Shown: positions 1-7,763, counted from the first letter of the stretch. The stretch: DNA of 38,155 bases from Candidatus Bathyarchaeia archaeon (GCA_038870415.1 JAWCPE010000002.1:1-38155); one strand, 5' to 3'. Notes: a model not told the origin generated them from the letters alone. Made by a program: numbers and translations.

Positions 1-160
1 GCAGGAGGGCGGCTAGGAGAAGCGGTGTCTTACCAAAGCCCGTGGCCGCGTCGACCACCACGTTTCGACGCTTAACCTCCCTCGCAACATAGGAGAGAAA
101 GTCGCCCTGATACTCCCTAAGCTTGTAGGGAAAATAGGCGAGGTGGGACCTCTTAGACAC
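1..160 (-). CDS. SF2 helicase, XPD/Rad3-like, N-terminal fragment (gene continues past window start)
   Basis: Minus-strand translation from GTG (158-160) gives VSKRSHLAYFPYKLREYQGDFLSYVAREVKRRNVVVDAATGFGKTPLLLAALL. The FPY..R.YQ lead-in followed by Walker A TGFGKT is the usual N-terminus of XPD/Rad3-type helicases. Too short to appear in the ORF track. Confidence 0.5.
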   Translation of the reverse strand, partial: MSKRSHLAYFPYKLREYQGDFLSYVAREVKRRNVVVDAATGFGKTPLLLAALL

Positions 161-311
161 ACCGGACCCTGCGAAACCCACTCCGTTACATCGCCTTCCT
201 ATGAGCTTTCAACCGTGTCAGGTTACGCCTAGGAGGCCGCCTTAGGCGTAGAAATGGGGTTCCTGAAGACCCGGGTCTCGCCACTTGCTAGTGCCTCTTA
301 AGAGGGTCTTT

Positions 312-725
312 TCAAGAAGTCGCCTCGACGCTGGCCTTCCGGACGTGTCCTTCTAGGAGTCTCTCTACGCGGATCAGGTAGTTAAGCCGCTCGGAGACGG
401 CGGCGTAGAGCTTGCGTCGGAGCTCCTCGGCTGAGAGCGGCTTCCGCGCGATGTCAGCAACCTCGGCTGCCAGTTTTCCGTCTCCTAGGAACCTGAACCA
501 GTTCTCGAAGTCGCCTCGACGCGTGTGAAACTCTATAGACCGGAGGTCTAAGGTCTGAAGCTTCTCAAGGAACTCCTCGGCGCTAGAAGCCGCTTCGCCC
601 GTGGGCTCCCCTATCGCGGTATAGAAGCGGAAAGCGTTCTCTACGGGCACCAGGTTGAGAAGCCTGAGCGCTTCCCTCTCGGCTACGGCCCTCCTCAGCC
701 TCTTCCTCCGCTTTAAACGCGCCAT
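312..725 (-). CDS. hypothetical protein (small alpha-helical; possibly DUF5752-like)
   Basis: 137-aa ORF with a basic N-terminus and no catalytic motif. The FHTRRGDFENWF segment resembles small archaeal DUF5752-type proteins from memory only. The overlapping ORF 583-780 is treated as a shadow. Confidence 0.55.
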   Translation of the reverse strand: MARLKRRKRLRRAVAEREALRLLNLVPVENAFRFYTAIGEPTGEAASSAEEFLEKLQTLDLRSIEFHTRRGDFENWFRFLGDGKLAAEVADIARKPLSAEELRRKLYAAVSERLNYLIRVERLLEGHVRKASVEATS

Positions 726-922
726 GAACCCCTCTCATGCCTTCGCGCGCGGCATAAACCTTGGCATCGACGCTGAGCAAGTTTCAGCATCACCGTGGGC
801 GTCTCCATGATGGAGCATCAAACAAGAGACGGCCAGATTAGATAAGGTTGACCGTAGGGTCGGCTGGAGACCAGAGGGGCCTTATCCTAGGAGGGGCGAG
901 ACGGTGTCAGGCATCTGGGGCT

Positions 923-2095
923 CTATGAGCTTAGGAAGGCTTCGACCTGGTCTAGGCCTTTCTCTATGTTTTCCATGGATGTTGCGTAGCTAAGCCTTAT
1001 GTGGCCTTCTAGGCCGAAGGCGGAGCCCGGTACCACCGCGACCTTCGCTTCCTGAAGCAGCTCCAAGGCCAGGGCTTCGCTCGTCTTCCAGGTCTTGCCT
1101 AGTAGCCCCTCCACGTTAGGGAAGGCGTAGAAGGCGCCTTCCGGCATGGGGCAGTTGAAGCCCTTGAATGTGTTGAGTCGTTCGACCATGTATCGTCTCC
1201 GGCGGTCGAACTCCTTCACCATCTCCACAACCCTCTCCTGAGGCCCTGTGAGGGCTTCTAGGGCGGCTCGTTGCGCGATGCTGTTCGGGTTCGAGGTGGT
1301 ATGGTCCTGTAGCTTCGAGCAGGCTTCCATAATCTCCTTAGGCCCGGCCATATAGCCTATACGCCAGCCGGTCATCGCGTAGGTCTTCGATGCCCCATTC
1401 ACCGTGATGACTAGGTCTTTGAGGCCTTCGTCGAGCGACGCGATGCTCCAGTGGCGGCCTTGGTAGACGAACTTCTCATAAACCTCGTCGGAGATGATGT
1501 AGAACCAACGCGAGAGGGCTAGGTCCGCGAGCTCCTTAAGCTCCTGCCGCGAGTAGACCTCGCCTGACGGGTTATTCGGACTGTTCAGTATCAGCATCTT
1601 CGTCCGCTCAGTAAGCTTCGCCTTCAGGTCGTCCGCCGTGACTTTGAGGCCGCCGCCCTTAACGAGCACGGGCGTAGCCCCGGCGAGCTTCACCTGCTCC
1701 ACGTAGCTGACCCAGTAGGGGACCGGTATCAGCACCTCGTCCCCAGGGCCGAGCATCGCCTGCATGATGTTAAAGAGGCAGTGCTTCGCCCCGCAGCTCA
1801 CCACTATCTCGTCCGGCTGGTACTCGATATCGTTCTCCCGCCGTAGTTTCTCGCAGATAGCTTTCTTCAACTCCGGTATGCCCGTGCCGGCGGTGTACTT
1901 GGTGAAGCCCTCCCGGAGCGCCCTCACGGCGGCCTCCTTCACGTTCTCCGGCGTATCGAAGTCCGGCTCCCCGGCGCCGAAGTCGACGACGTTCACGCCC
2001 TGAGCCTTCAACGCCTTCGCCCTCGTGCTGACAGCCATAGTCGCGCTAGGAGCGATGCTCTTAACGCGGTCGGAGAGAAGGGCTGGTCCTCGCAT
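923..2095 (-). CDS. aspC: aspartate/aromatic aminotransferase, PLP-dependent class I
   Basis: 390 aa with SPNNPSG, the PLP-lysine motif NGASKTYAMTGWRIGY, and a typical N-terminus LSDRVKSIAPSAT. Confidence 0.85.
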   Translation of the reverse strand: MRGPALLSDRVKSIAPSATMAVSTRAKALKAQGVNVVDFGAGEPDFDTPENVKEAAVRALREGFTKYTAGTGIPELKKAICEKLRRENDIEYQPDEIVVSCGAKHCLFNIMQAMLGPGDEVLIPVPYWVSYVEQVKLAGATPVLVKGGGLKVTADDLKAKLTERTKMLILNSPNNPSGEVYSRQELKELADLALSRWFYIISDEVYEKFVYQGRHWSIASLDEGLKDLVITVNGASKTYAMTGWRIGYMAGPKEIMEACSKLQDHTTSNPNSIAQRAALEALTGPQERVVEMVKEFDRRRRYMVERLNTFKGFNCPMPEGAFYAFPNVEGLLGKTWKTSEALALELLQEAKVAVVPGSAFGLEGHIRLSYATSMENIEKGLDQVEAFLSS

Positions 2096-2157
2096 AGACT
2101 CATTCGCCTAGGCAGTCTGCCCTCAGGAACACTCCTCGCCAGAGAACGTGAAGGCCA

Positions 2158-2217
2158 CCCCACGTAATGTAAGCCTTTCGGTTGAGGCCTCTTCCCACGT
2201 AATGTAAACCCGTTCGG
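2158..2217. repeat. direct repeat (two ~24-nt copies, 36-nt period) upstream of aspC
   Basis: CCCACGTAATGTAAGCCTTTCGG (2158-2181) and CCCACGTAATGTAAACCCGTTCGG (2194-2217). On the minus strand they read ..TTACATTACGTGGG, about 65 and 100 nt upstream of the aspC ATG. Confidence 0.6.
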
Positions 2218-2422
2218 CTATGTCCTGAAAGCCTACTCTGCCCCTACCCTGTCGGCTGCAGGTCGGCGAGCATCTACGCCTTCAGGGAGAGCTGCGAACC
2301 TTTAGGACAGAGCCCTTCGCGTTTCCTGCCGCGTCTTAGGGGCCTATCGATGGCGTTCTCTAATCCCCTCAAGCCAGTCGTGGAGAGTGGCAGGTCCGAA
2401 GGGGCAGTAGAGCCGACCAGCC

Positions 2423-3751
2423 CTAGGTTACTGAGCATTCTGTGTGGGGTATCCGTTTCTTCTCGGCTTCTAGGGGGCAGGCTGCTCCGCAGATCTTACG
2501 CCATTCACATTCACAGCATCTCTCTTCGAGTTCCAGCCATCCGCGTCTACGGATGTAGACGCAGAGCTCGTGGCTCCAGATCTTCTCCCAGGGGTCGGTG
2601 AGGATGTTGCCGACGCTCTTGAACCATGACTGGCAGGGCAGCACGGTGCCGTCGGGCTCAACCGCCATGTTCGTCCTGCACGCGGAGCAGAACTTGGCGC
2701 CTAGTCCCATCGTGACGGGGTTCAGCTCGCAGTAACGTGTGGGAGAGTACCAGTTGAACTCCATCCCCAGGAGGAAGGCTTCATGCTTCACTTCGTCTAG
2801 GGTCTTCCGAAGCCTATCCCTAGGGAGGAGAAAGTCCTTCTCCGCGACCTCGCCGCGGCCGCTATAGATGAGGCTGTTCATCGCGAAGTTCACGACGCCC
2901 AGCTTCTTCAGGAAACGGACCAGCTCCAGGGCGTGGTCCACGTTGTAAGGGCTGATAGTCGTGTTTGTCACCACGTAGAGGCCGAGGTTGAGACAGTTCC
3001 TTACCCCGTCAACAGTCTCCTTCCAGCTCCCCGGGGCTCTCGTCATCTTCTCGTGGACTTCAGGTCGATTCGACTCCAGGGTTATCTGGGCAAAGTCGAG
3101 GCCTGCCCGGTAGAGTTTCTCAGCGTACGCTTTATCGCTCAGCCTCCGCCCATTCGTGATAAGGCCGCTTACGAGGCCTATGCTCTGCGTCGCCGCGACG
3201 AGTTCGACGAGGTCATCGCGGAGCGTCGGCTCTCCCCCGGTGAAGCTCACCGCCGGGATCTGGGCCTCAAACAGTTTCTTCAGCACGAGCCGCCACTGCT
3301 CCGTTGTAAGCTCCTGGGTCTCATGAGGCCCCTTCGCGTAGCAGTGGAGGCAGTTGTTCTGGCATCGGTACGTTAAGGCGAGGTCCATCCTGAGGGGCGC
3401 CCGCAGCTCCTCCTCGAAGGGGGCTGTCTTCTCAACCCCCAGGTACATGAAGGGGTCGACTTCGCGGCTCTTGATGAGAACGTCGATCGCCGTCAAGACC
3501 TGGGCGTGGTATCTCCTGAGCTCCCCCCTCTTAGCCCGGTACCTCTTCGCCAGAGCCTTGACGGTTGCCTCGGGGCTGAAGCCTTCAAGGATGAGCCTGA
3601 CGTGGTCCGTCGCCGTCCTGTTCAGGTACAGGACCTTGTTCGCGTTGATGACGAGGATACCCCTACCGTCAGGTTCCTCGCGGAGGTGTAATTTCGCAAC
3701 CCCAGCTGGATGCCCCTGCTCGTCTCGGACGACGTACTGTGCTGCCTTCAA
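2423..3751 (-). CDS. radical SAM/SPASM domain protein with N-terminal PqqD-like (RRE-type) domain; putative peptide/protein-modifying maturase
   Basis: CX3CX2C CQNNCLHC (nt 3341-3364). SPASM signature CSACRTNMAVEPDGTVLPC (C-x12-G-x4-C) plus CCECEWRKICGAAC (CX2CX5CX3C). The first ~100 aa (GILVINANKVLYLNRTATDHVRLILEGFSPEATVKALAKRY..VLTAIDVLIKS) fit the PqqD/RRE pattern. The TTG start overlaps the stop of the upstream gene (TTGA). Confidence 0.85.
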   Translation of the reverse strand: MKAAQYVVRDEQGHPAGVAKLHLREEPDGRGILVINANKVLYLNRTATDHVRLILEGFSPEATVKALAKRYRAKRGELRRYHAQVLTAIDVLIKSREVDPFMYLGVEKTAPFEEELRAPLRMDLALTYRCQNNCLHCYAKGPHETQELTTEQWRLVLKKLFEAQIPAVSFTGGEPTLRDDLVELVAATQSIGLVSGLITNGRRLSDKAYAEKLYRAGLDFAQITLESNRPEVHEKMTRAPGSWKETVDGVRNCLNLGLYVVTNTTISPYNVDHALELVRFLKKLGVVNFAMNSLIYSGRGEVAEKDFLLPRDRLRKTLDEVKHEAFLLGMEFNWYSPTRYCELNPVTMGLGAKFCSACRTNMAVEPDGTVLPCQSWFKSVGNILTDPWEKIWSHELCVYIRRRGWLELEERCCECEWRKICGAACPLEAEKKRIPHTECSVT

Positions 3752-5640
3752 GCGATGGCCTCCTTTAACGAGCGAAGGGCTCGGGTCATCAGCTCATGCT
3801 CCTCAGGCGTTAACCCTTCCGTTTCAACGGAGTAACTCGTCGAGTTAGCCTGGCTCCAGAGGTTGATGGAGCCTCCTCTCTGCGAGGTAAGCTTGAACCC
3901 GTAACGCGGCGGCGCCGCTAGCGGGAAGATGAGGCTCTTCGGGTAGAAGTCCAGCGTGAAGCCTAGCTCTTCCGAGAGCTTTATCGCGGCAGCCTTCATG
4001 CCGCTCTTAAGCCTGAAGCAGAAGCCGCCTCCAGAAGCGCAGGCGCACGCGCAGCTTACACATGCGCAGACGCAGGCGCAGCTGACGCAGGCGCAGACGC
4101 AGTGGCAGCTTGCCCCGTCCTTGTTCCCGCTCGTCGTGTGCGACTGCGTCGAACTCTCAGCCCTCGTCGTGATGGCCTGCATCGCCTTCTCAACATCCTT
4201 CACGGCGTTGCTCGTCATCGTCTCCACGGAGGTGACGAAGCTATCGGCCAGCTTCTCGATGTCCGTGATGACTGGGACCTGCGATGAGGGCGGCCTCTGC
4301 TGAGGGGGCGTCGGCATGGGCGTGGGGCCGGGAACAGGCGTAGGACCTGGGGTGGGGATGCCGACCCTAGGCCTCTCCTGCAGGATTATGATCGGTGGAA
4401 GCCAACGGTAGTAGTAGAAGTCGTAGTCCTCACGCGGCAGCTGTATGGGTCCCTTCACGGTCTCCTTGGTTTTCTCCTTGAACTTGGGGTCTATCATCAA
4501 CCATAGCAGGTTCTCATTGTACTTGTCGAACTGAGCCTGAGGGATGCCGGCTGCCTGAACTTCCCTCCATCTCTCCTCAACCTTGGCCAAGTAGAAGTGG
4601 CGGGTCTCAAGTCGGCTGTAGTAGGCCATCTTATCGTCTACGTTCCGACGTAGTGCTCCGAGGACCGTCCTCAACCCCTCCTCGTCTAAGAAGCCGTCTG
4701 AGGCTACGGCTCGAACCATGTACCTCTCGTAGTATCGCAAGGTGGGGGGCCTGTCGAGAAGCTCCACCCTTATCCTAGGCGTAGCTTCGACAACCCTCAA
4801 CGCTTTCTTTCTAGCCATCGAGTAGAGGATCATCGCCACGATCCTGCCCGGGTGTAGAGGGATCAGTATTGAGGCCTCGACCGGGTCTAGGTCGTCGCGT
4901 ACCGAGGCGTTCCGTCCAAACTTGGCTTGATGAGCGGGCGTCGTGACAACCTCCATCGATAATCTCGGCGGCACGTAGGGCTCCCGTCTCCTACGGAGCA
5001 TGACCGCGCTGACAGCTATCACAGCGACCCCGGCCGAAACGAGCCCGAGCGGGATGAGGATAGCCGCCAGGCTCCCAAGGCTCAGCCCCTGCCCCTCGTA
5101 TCGGTCAACGTATCTCTCGGGGAAGGAGACGCCGACTGTGAACTTCTCGTTAGCAGGCCACGAGGGGCGTTCCCAGTAGACTCCCAGCCTATCGTCGACG
5201 GTGAACACGTTGTTCCATAGGATGGTTCCCGTCTTCACCTCGCTCTGTTGGACACCTGGAGGCAGAAGGATGAGGACCCTCAGGTTCATCCTGTCGCTGA
5301 AATCCCACCATGCGGGGATGAACTGGACACCCACGTTGCCGGGGTTCGTCTCATCCTTGAAGATGAACCTGTCAATCGTCGCGGAGGCCCAGACCCCCAC
5401 CGACTGCCCCGCGTAAACATCCTGATGGAAGAAGATCTTCAGCCGTTTGTTATCTTTCTCGACCTCCACCGTGAGCCTGTTACCAGCAGAATCGACGGCG
5501 GAGGCATCCGATATATGCTCGTTAGGCATGCCCAGGTAGATGCCCTGTTGGGGGTCACCTGTGACCACGACGGACACATTGTAGGAAAGCCGCGATGTCC
5601 CATCCTTGTTCAGTTGCAGCGTAGCCCATTCCCTCTCCAT
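3748..5640 (-). CDS. DUF2207-like membrane protein with Pro-rich linker and alternating-Cys repeat (likely extends 5' to ~5781)
   Basis: 630 aa. The N-terminal ~190-aa domain is followed by a TM segment LSLGSLAAILIPLGLVSAGVAVIAVSAVML and then RRRR. The post-TM segment PYVPPRL..LDPVEASILIPLHPGRIVAMILYSMARKKALRVVE resembles DUF2207. Further on are the linker PTPGPTPVPGPTPMPTPPQQRPP and the Cys run SCHCVCACVSCACVCACVSCACACASGGGFCF (aa ~512-541). The family name is from memory, not a search. Confidence 0.8.
   Translation of the reverse strand: MEREWATLQLNKDGTSRLSYNVSVVVTGDPQQGIYLGMPNEHISDASAVDSAGNRLTVEVEKDNKRLKIFFHQDVYAGQSVGVWASATIDRFIFKDETNPGNVGVQFIPAWWDFSDRMNLRVLILLPPGVQQSEVKTGTILWNNVFTVDDRLGVYWERPSWPANEKFTVGVSFPERYVDRYEGQGLSLGSLAAILIPLGLVSAGVAVIAVSAVMLRRRREPYVPPRLSMEVVTTPAHQAKFGRNASVRDDLDPVEASILIPLHPGRIVAMILYSMARKKALRVVEATPRIRVELLDRPPTLRYYERYMVRAVASDGFLDEEGLRTVLGALRRNVDDKMAYYSRLETRHFYLAKVEERWREVQAAGIPQAQFDKYNENLLWLMIDPKFKEKTKETVKGPIQLPREDYDFYYYRWLPPIIILQERPRVGIPTPGPTPVPGPTPMPTPPQQRPPSSQVPVITDIEKLADSFVTSVETMTSNAVKDVEKAMQAITTRAESSTQSHTTSGNKDGASCHCVCACVSCACVCACVSCACACASGGGFCFRLKSGMKAAAIKLSEELGFTLDFYPKSLIFPLAAPPRYGFKLTSQRGGSINLWSQANSTSYSVETEGLTPEEHELMTRALRSLKEAIA
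4015..4110 (-). repeat. in-frame tandem repeat encoding the alternating-Cys tract
   Basis: Minus strand: gtc tgc gcc tgc gtc agc tgc gcc tgc, then gtc tgc gca tgt gta agc tgc gcg tgc. Both 27-nt units encode VCACVSCAC. They are flanked by tgc cac tgc and by gcc tgc gct tct gga ggc ggc ttc tgc. Confidence 0.9.
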
Positions 5641-5842
5641 GTAGAAGGCGCTAGCCGGTGAAGCCCCACTCGGCGCCGGGATGAGGAAGAACGCTGGAAG
5701 AGTGAAACTGACTATCGCAAGAGTGATTACGACGCGTAAGCGTCGAAGACCCGAAGCGGAGCTGCGCTTTCCCTCCTTCAGCTCAGATGCCGCCCTCCGC
5801 CTGCTTAGTCAGACCCTTTCCCGAATTGTAGCCGAGCGTCTG

Positions 5843-5849
5843 CTTTAAG
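5843..5849 (-). promoter_or_regulatory. candidate TATA-like box (CTTAAAG) for the Cys-repeat protein / rSAM operon
   Basis: An A/T-rich heptamer on the minus strand about 62 nt upstream of the in-frame CTG at 5779-5781. A GGAGGG motif (5793-5798) lies between them. Confidence 0.25.
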
Positions 5850-5920
5850 CTATGAGCTTTCTCCCTCTATGCCAAGCGTTGAGCAGACGCGACTTTCCTA
5901 TCTGACTTTGTGGCCGCGGG

Positions 5921-7075
5921 CTATTCGATGTCAAGGAGGCGGGCAGACCGTGGGGCGAAGGCTCGCGTCATCACGTCCTCCACAACCCCGCGGTTCCTAT
6001 GCGGTTCGTACATGGCTTCGACGAATCGCCCATAGTCTAGCTCGTTGAGCCGCGCGCAGGCAGCCCGGATGGCGTTCATGTTGAGTACAAGGGCTCTGTC
6101 AACCGGCATCCTCTCCGGGTTGATGTCTATGCCGTGGTAGCCCTCGTAGCCGTACATCTTCATCACGAGGAGCGCCGCGTAGGTCTGGTCTAGGCCTAGC
6201 ACCCCGACGTTCAAGTCTTGGTCGTAGTTGCCTAGGGGCTGGCTGTTCCAATGTATGTGGGCGAGACGCCCCTCACGCATGATAGCGGCTAAAGCGTACG
6301 CGAGTTCCTCATGCCCCATCAGTACGTGCCCTACCTCCGGGTTGAGACAGACCAGACTGTGGCCTTCCTGCAGCAGCCTCTTATTCTCTTGAGAGGCGAG
6401 TAGCGCCTCCACGTTCCGAGCCATGAGGAGGCCGTTCGCCGTGTTCCTGTAGATGTTGTTGCCCCGGGGCTCGTAGGGCTTAGGCTCGATGGCCACCCTG
6501 ACGCCTGGAACCTGGTCCATAGCTTCGGCGAGCCCCCCCTCGAACCTGTCCCACATCCCGTAGAAGTCGACGCCGATCGGGTTCTCGTACCCGTCTATGC
6601 CAGGCCAGACGACCATGAACTCGGCTTCAAGCTCCCTGTTCAACTCTAGAGCTCTCACGGTTCTCCTCGCCGCCTCTTCTCGCGCTTCCGGGAGGGGGCT
6701 TGAGAGGGAGCCGAACTCGAAGATTCGGTCGTAGAAGAGGTTCGGTATCACCGTGATGAGCCGTATGCCCGTCTCCTTTACGAGGCTGCGGTAGGCGTCA
6801 AGGTTGGCCTCGTTAACCTCGTTTGGGTAGTGCGCCTCCAGCCGGAAGGACGAGTCGACCACTCCTCGGTCGAAGAGTCGCCTGACGATAGCTAAGGCCT
6901 CCTCGATGGAGCCGGGAGGGCCGTACCGTTCATGGAACCTCCCACCGCCGGGGAAGAAGTACCATACGCCCGCTGAGAAACGTGGCTCCAGCCTGAACGC
7001 TTCAAGCTGTTTAAGCATCGCTTCCTTATCTCGTACCGTCATCTGAGGCTTGAGGTCCCTCAAATGGAGGCTCAC
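5921..7075 (-). CDS. xylose isomerase-like TIM-barrel sugar isomerase family protein
   Basis: 384 aa with GTG start. It has an EPKPYEPRG motif (EPKP.EP is typical of xylose-isomerase-type enzymes) and conserved His/Asp/Glu stretches (HIHWNS, NPEVGH). Confidence 0.6.
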   Translation of the reverse strand: MSLHLRDLKPQMTVRDKEAMLKQLEAFRLEPRFSAGVWYFFPGGGRFHERYGPPGSIEEALAIVRRLFDRGVVDSSFRLEAHYPNEVNEANLDAYRSLVKETGIRLITVIPNLFYDRIFEFGSLSSPLPEAREEAARRTVRALELNRELEAEFMVVWPGIDGYENPIGVDFYGMWDRFEGGLAEAMDQVPGVRVAIEPKPYEPRGNNIYRNTANGLLMARNVEALLASQENKRLLQEGHSLVCLNPEVGHVLMGHEELAYALAAIMREGRLAHIHWNSQPLGNYDQDLNVGVLGLDQTYAALLVMKMYGYEGYHGIDINPERMPVDRALVLNMNAIRAACARLNELDYGRFVEAMYEPHRNRGVVEDVMTRAFAPRSARLLDIE

Positions 7076-7098
7076 CTTTCAAAACGGGCGGAGCCCTA

Positions 7099-7106
7099 GA
7101 ATATAA
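7099..7106 (-). promoter_or_regulatory. candidate TATA box (TTATATTC) for the isomerase-like gene
   Basis: Minus-strand TTATATTC is centred about 27 nt upstream of the GTG at 7075. This fits a leaderless or near-leaderless archaeal transcript. Confidence 0.35.
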
Positions 7107-7175
7107 GCCTACCCGGCCTCGTTTCCAGCTCATCCCTAAGGGTCTCTGAAGCCGATTCGCCTAGAAAGCTTGCGG

Positions 7176-7210
7176 CTCGACTCGACTCGACTCGGCTTGG
7201 CTTGGCTTGT
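7176..7210. repeat. pentanucleotide microsatellite (CTCGA)3 CTCGG (CTTGG)2 CTTGT
   Basis: Read directly: ctcga ctcga ctcga ctcgg cttgg cttgg cttgt, in the 340-nt spacer between the PadR gene and the isomerase-like gene. Confidence 0.9.
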
Positions 7211-7295
7211 CTGGCCACTTCGAGGAGCTCCGCCGCCTCGGCGGCGGCCGAGGGGTAATACTACTCCGTGAAAAACGTTGCAGCGGAGGGACCGT
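7211..7295 (+). repeat. conserved intergenic block, copy C
   Basis: Shares with copies A and B the ordered cores TGGCCAC .. GGTAATAC .. GAAAAAC .. GGAGGG. It contains an extra GC hairpin, CCTCGGC-ggcg-GCCGAGG. Confidence 0.45.
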
Positions 7296-7415
7296 TCAAT
7301 CAGACGGGAGCTAGGAGCGGTGTGCAGGGTGCGCAGGCGAGAGAACCGGCATCGGGGTCGGTCAACGCTGGAGGGCCCTCGAGGACGGATAGGAACCTTG
7401 GCGCTTAGAGAGGCG

Positions 7416-7751
7416 TTAAGCGAGCTTTCGAACCGCTCTTTCCAGCATTTCTATGCCTTTCGCAAGCGTCTCCTTTCCTCGTTCCGTAGCCTCGTAGTAC
7501 TTCCTGTCAGCCCTTCCAGGGGTGGGCGGCCTCAAGGTTTTCCTGATGAGGCCTTCAGCCGCCATCCTGTAGAGGACGAAGTAGACCGTGATCGTCGCAA
7601 CTGAGAAGCCGAAACGCTCCTTCAACGTCTTCCTTATCTCATAGGCGTACATGGGCCTGTCGATGACCATCCGTAGCACGTAGAGCCACAGGTTCTCCAC
7701 GGTGACCTTCTTTGCAAGCCTCTTAAGGGCCAACCCCCAACCTCCGGGCAT
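7416..7751 (-). CDS. PadR family transcriptional regulator
   Basis: 111 aa with a winged-helix pattern MYAYEIRKTLKERFGFSVATITVYFVLYRMAAEGLI..KYYEATERG, typical of PadR. Confidence 0.8.
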   Translation of the reverse strand: MPGGWGLALKRLAKKVTVENLWLYVLRMVIDRPMYAYEIRKTLKERFGFSVATITVYFVLYRMAAEGLIRKTLRPPTPGRADRKYYEATERGKETLAKGIEMLERAVRKLA

Positions 7752-7763
7752 TGGCCTACGAGT

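Noticed and set aside
2933-3848. Plus-strand ORFs of 147 and 164 aa (2933-3376, 3354-3848)
   Set aside because: Both are antisense to the rSAM/SPASM gene, which has unambiguous motifs. Both have low-complexity Arg/Ser/Leu-rich translations.
7278-7604. 108-aa plus-strand ORF in the PadR/isomerase spacer
   Set aside because: The translation is Arg-rich and nonsense-like. It overlaps the PadR gene's 3' end antisense and spans conserved block C, which looks non-coding.
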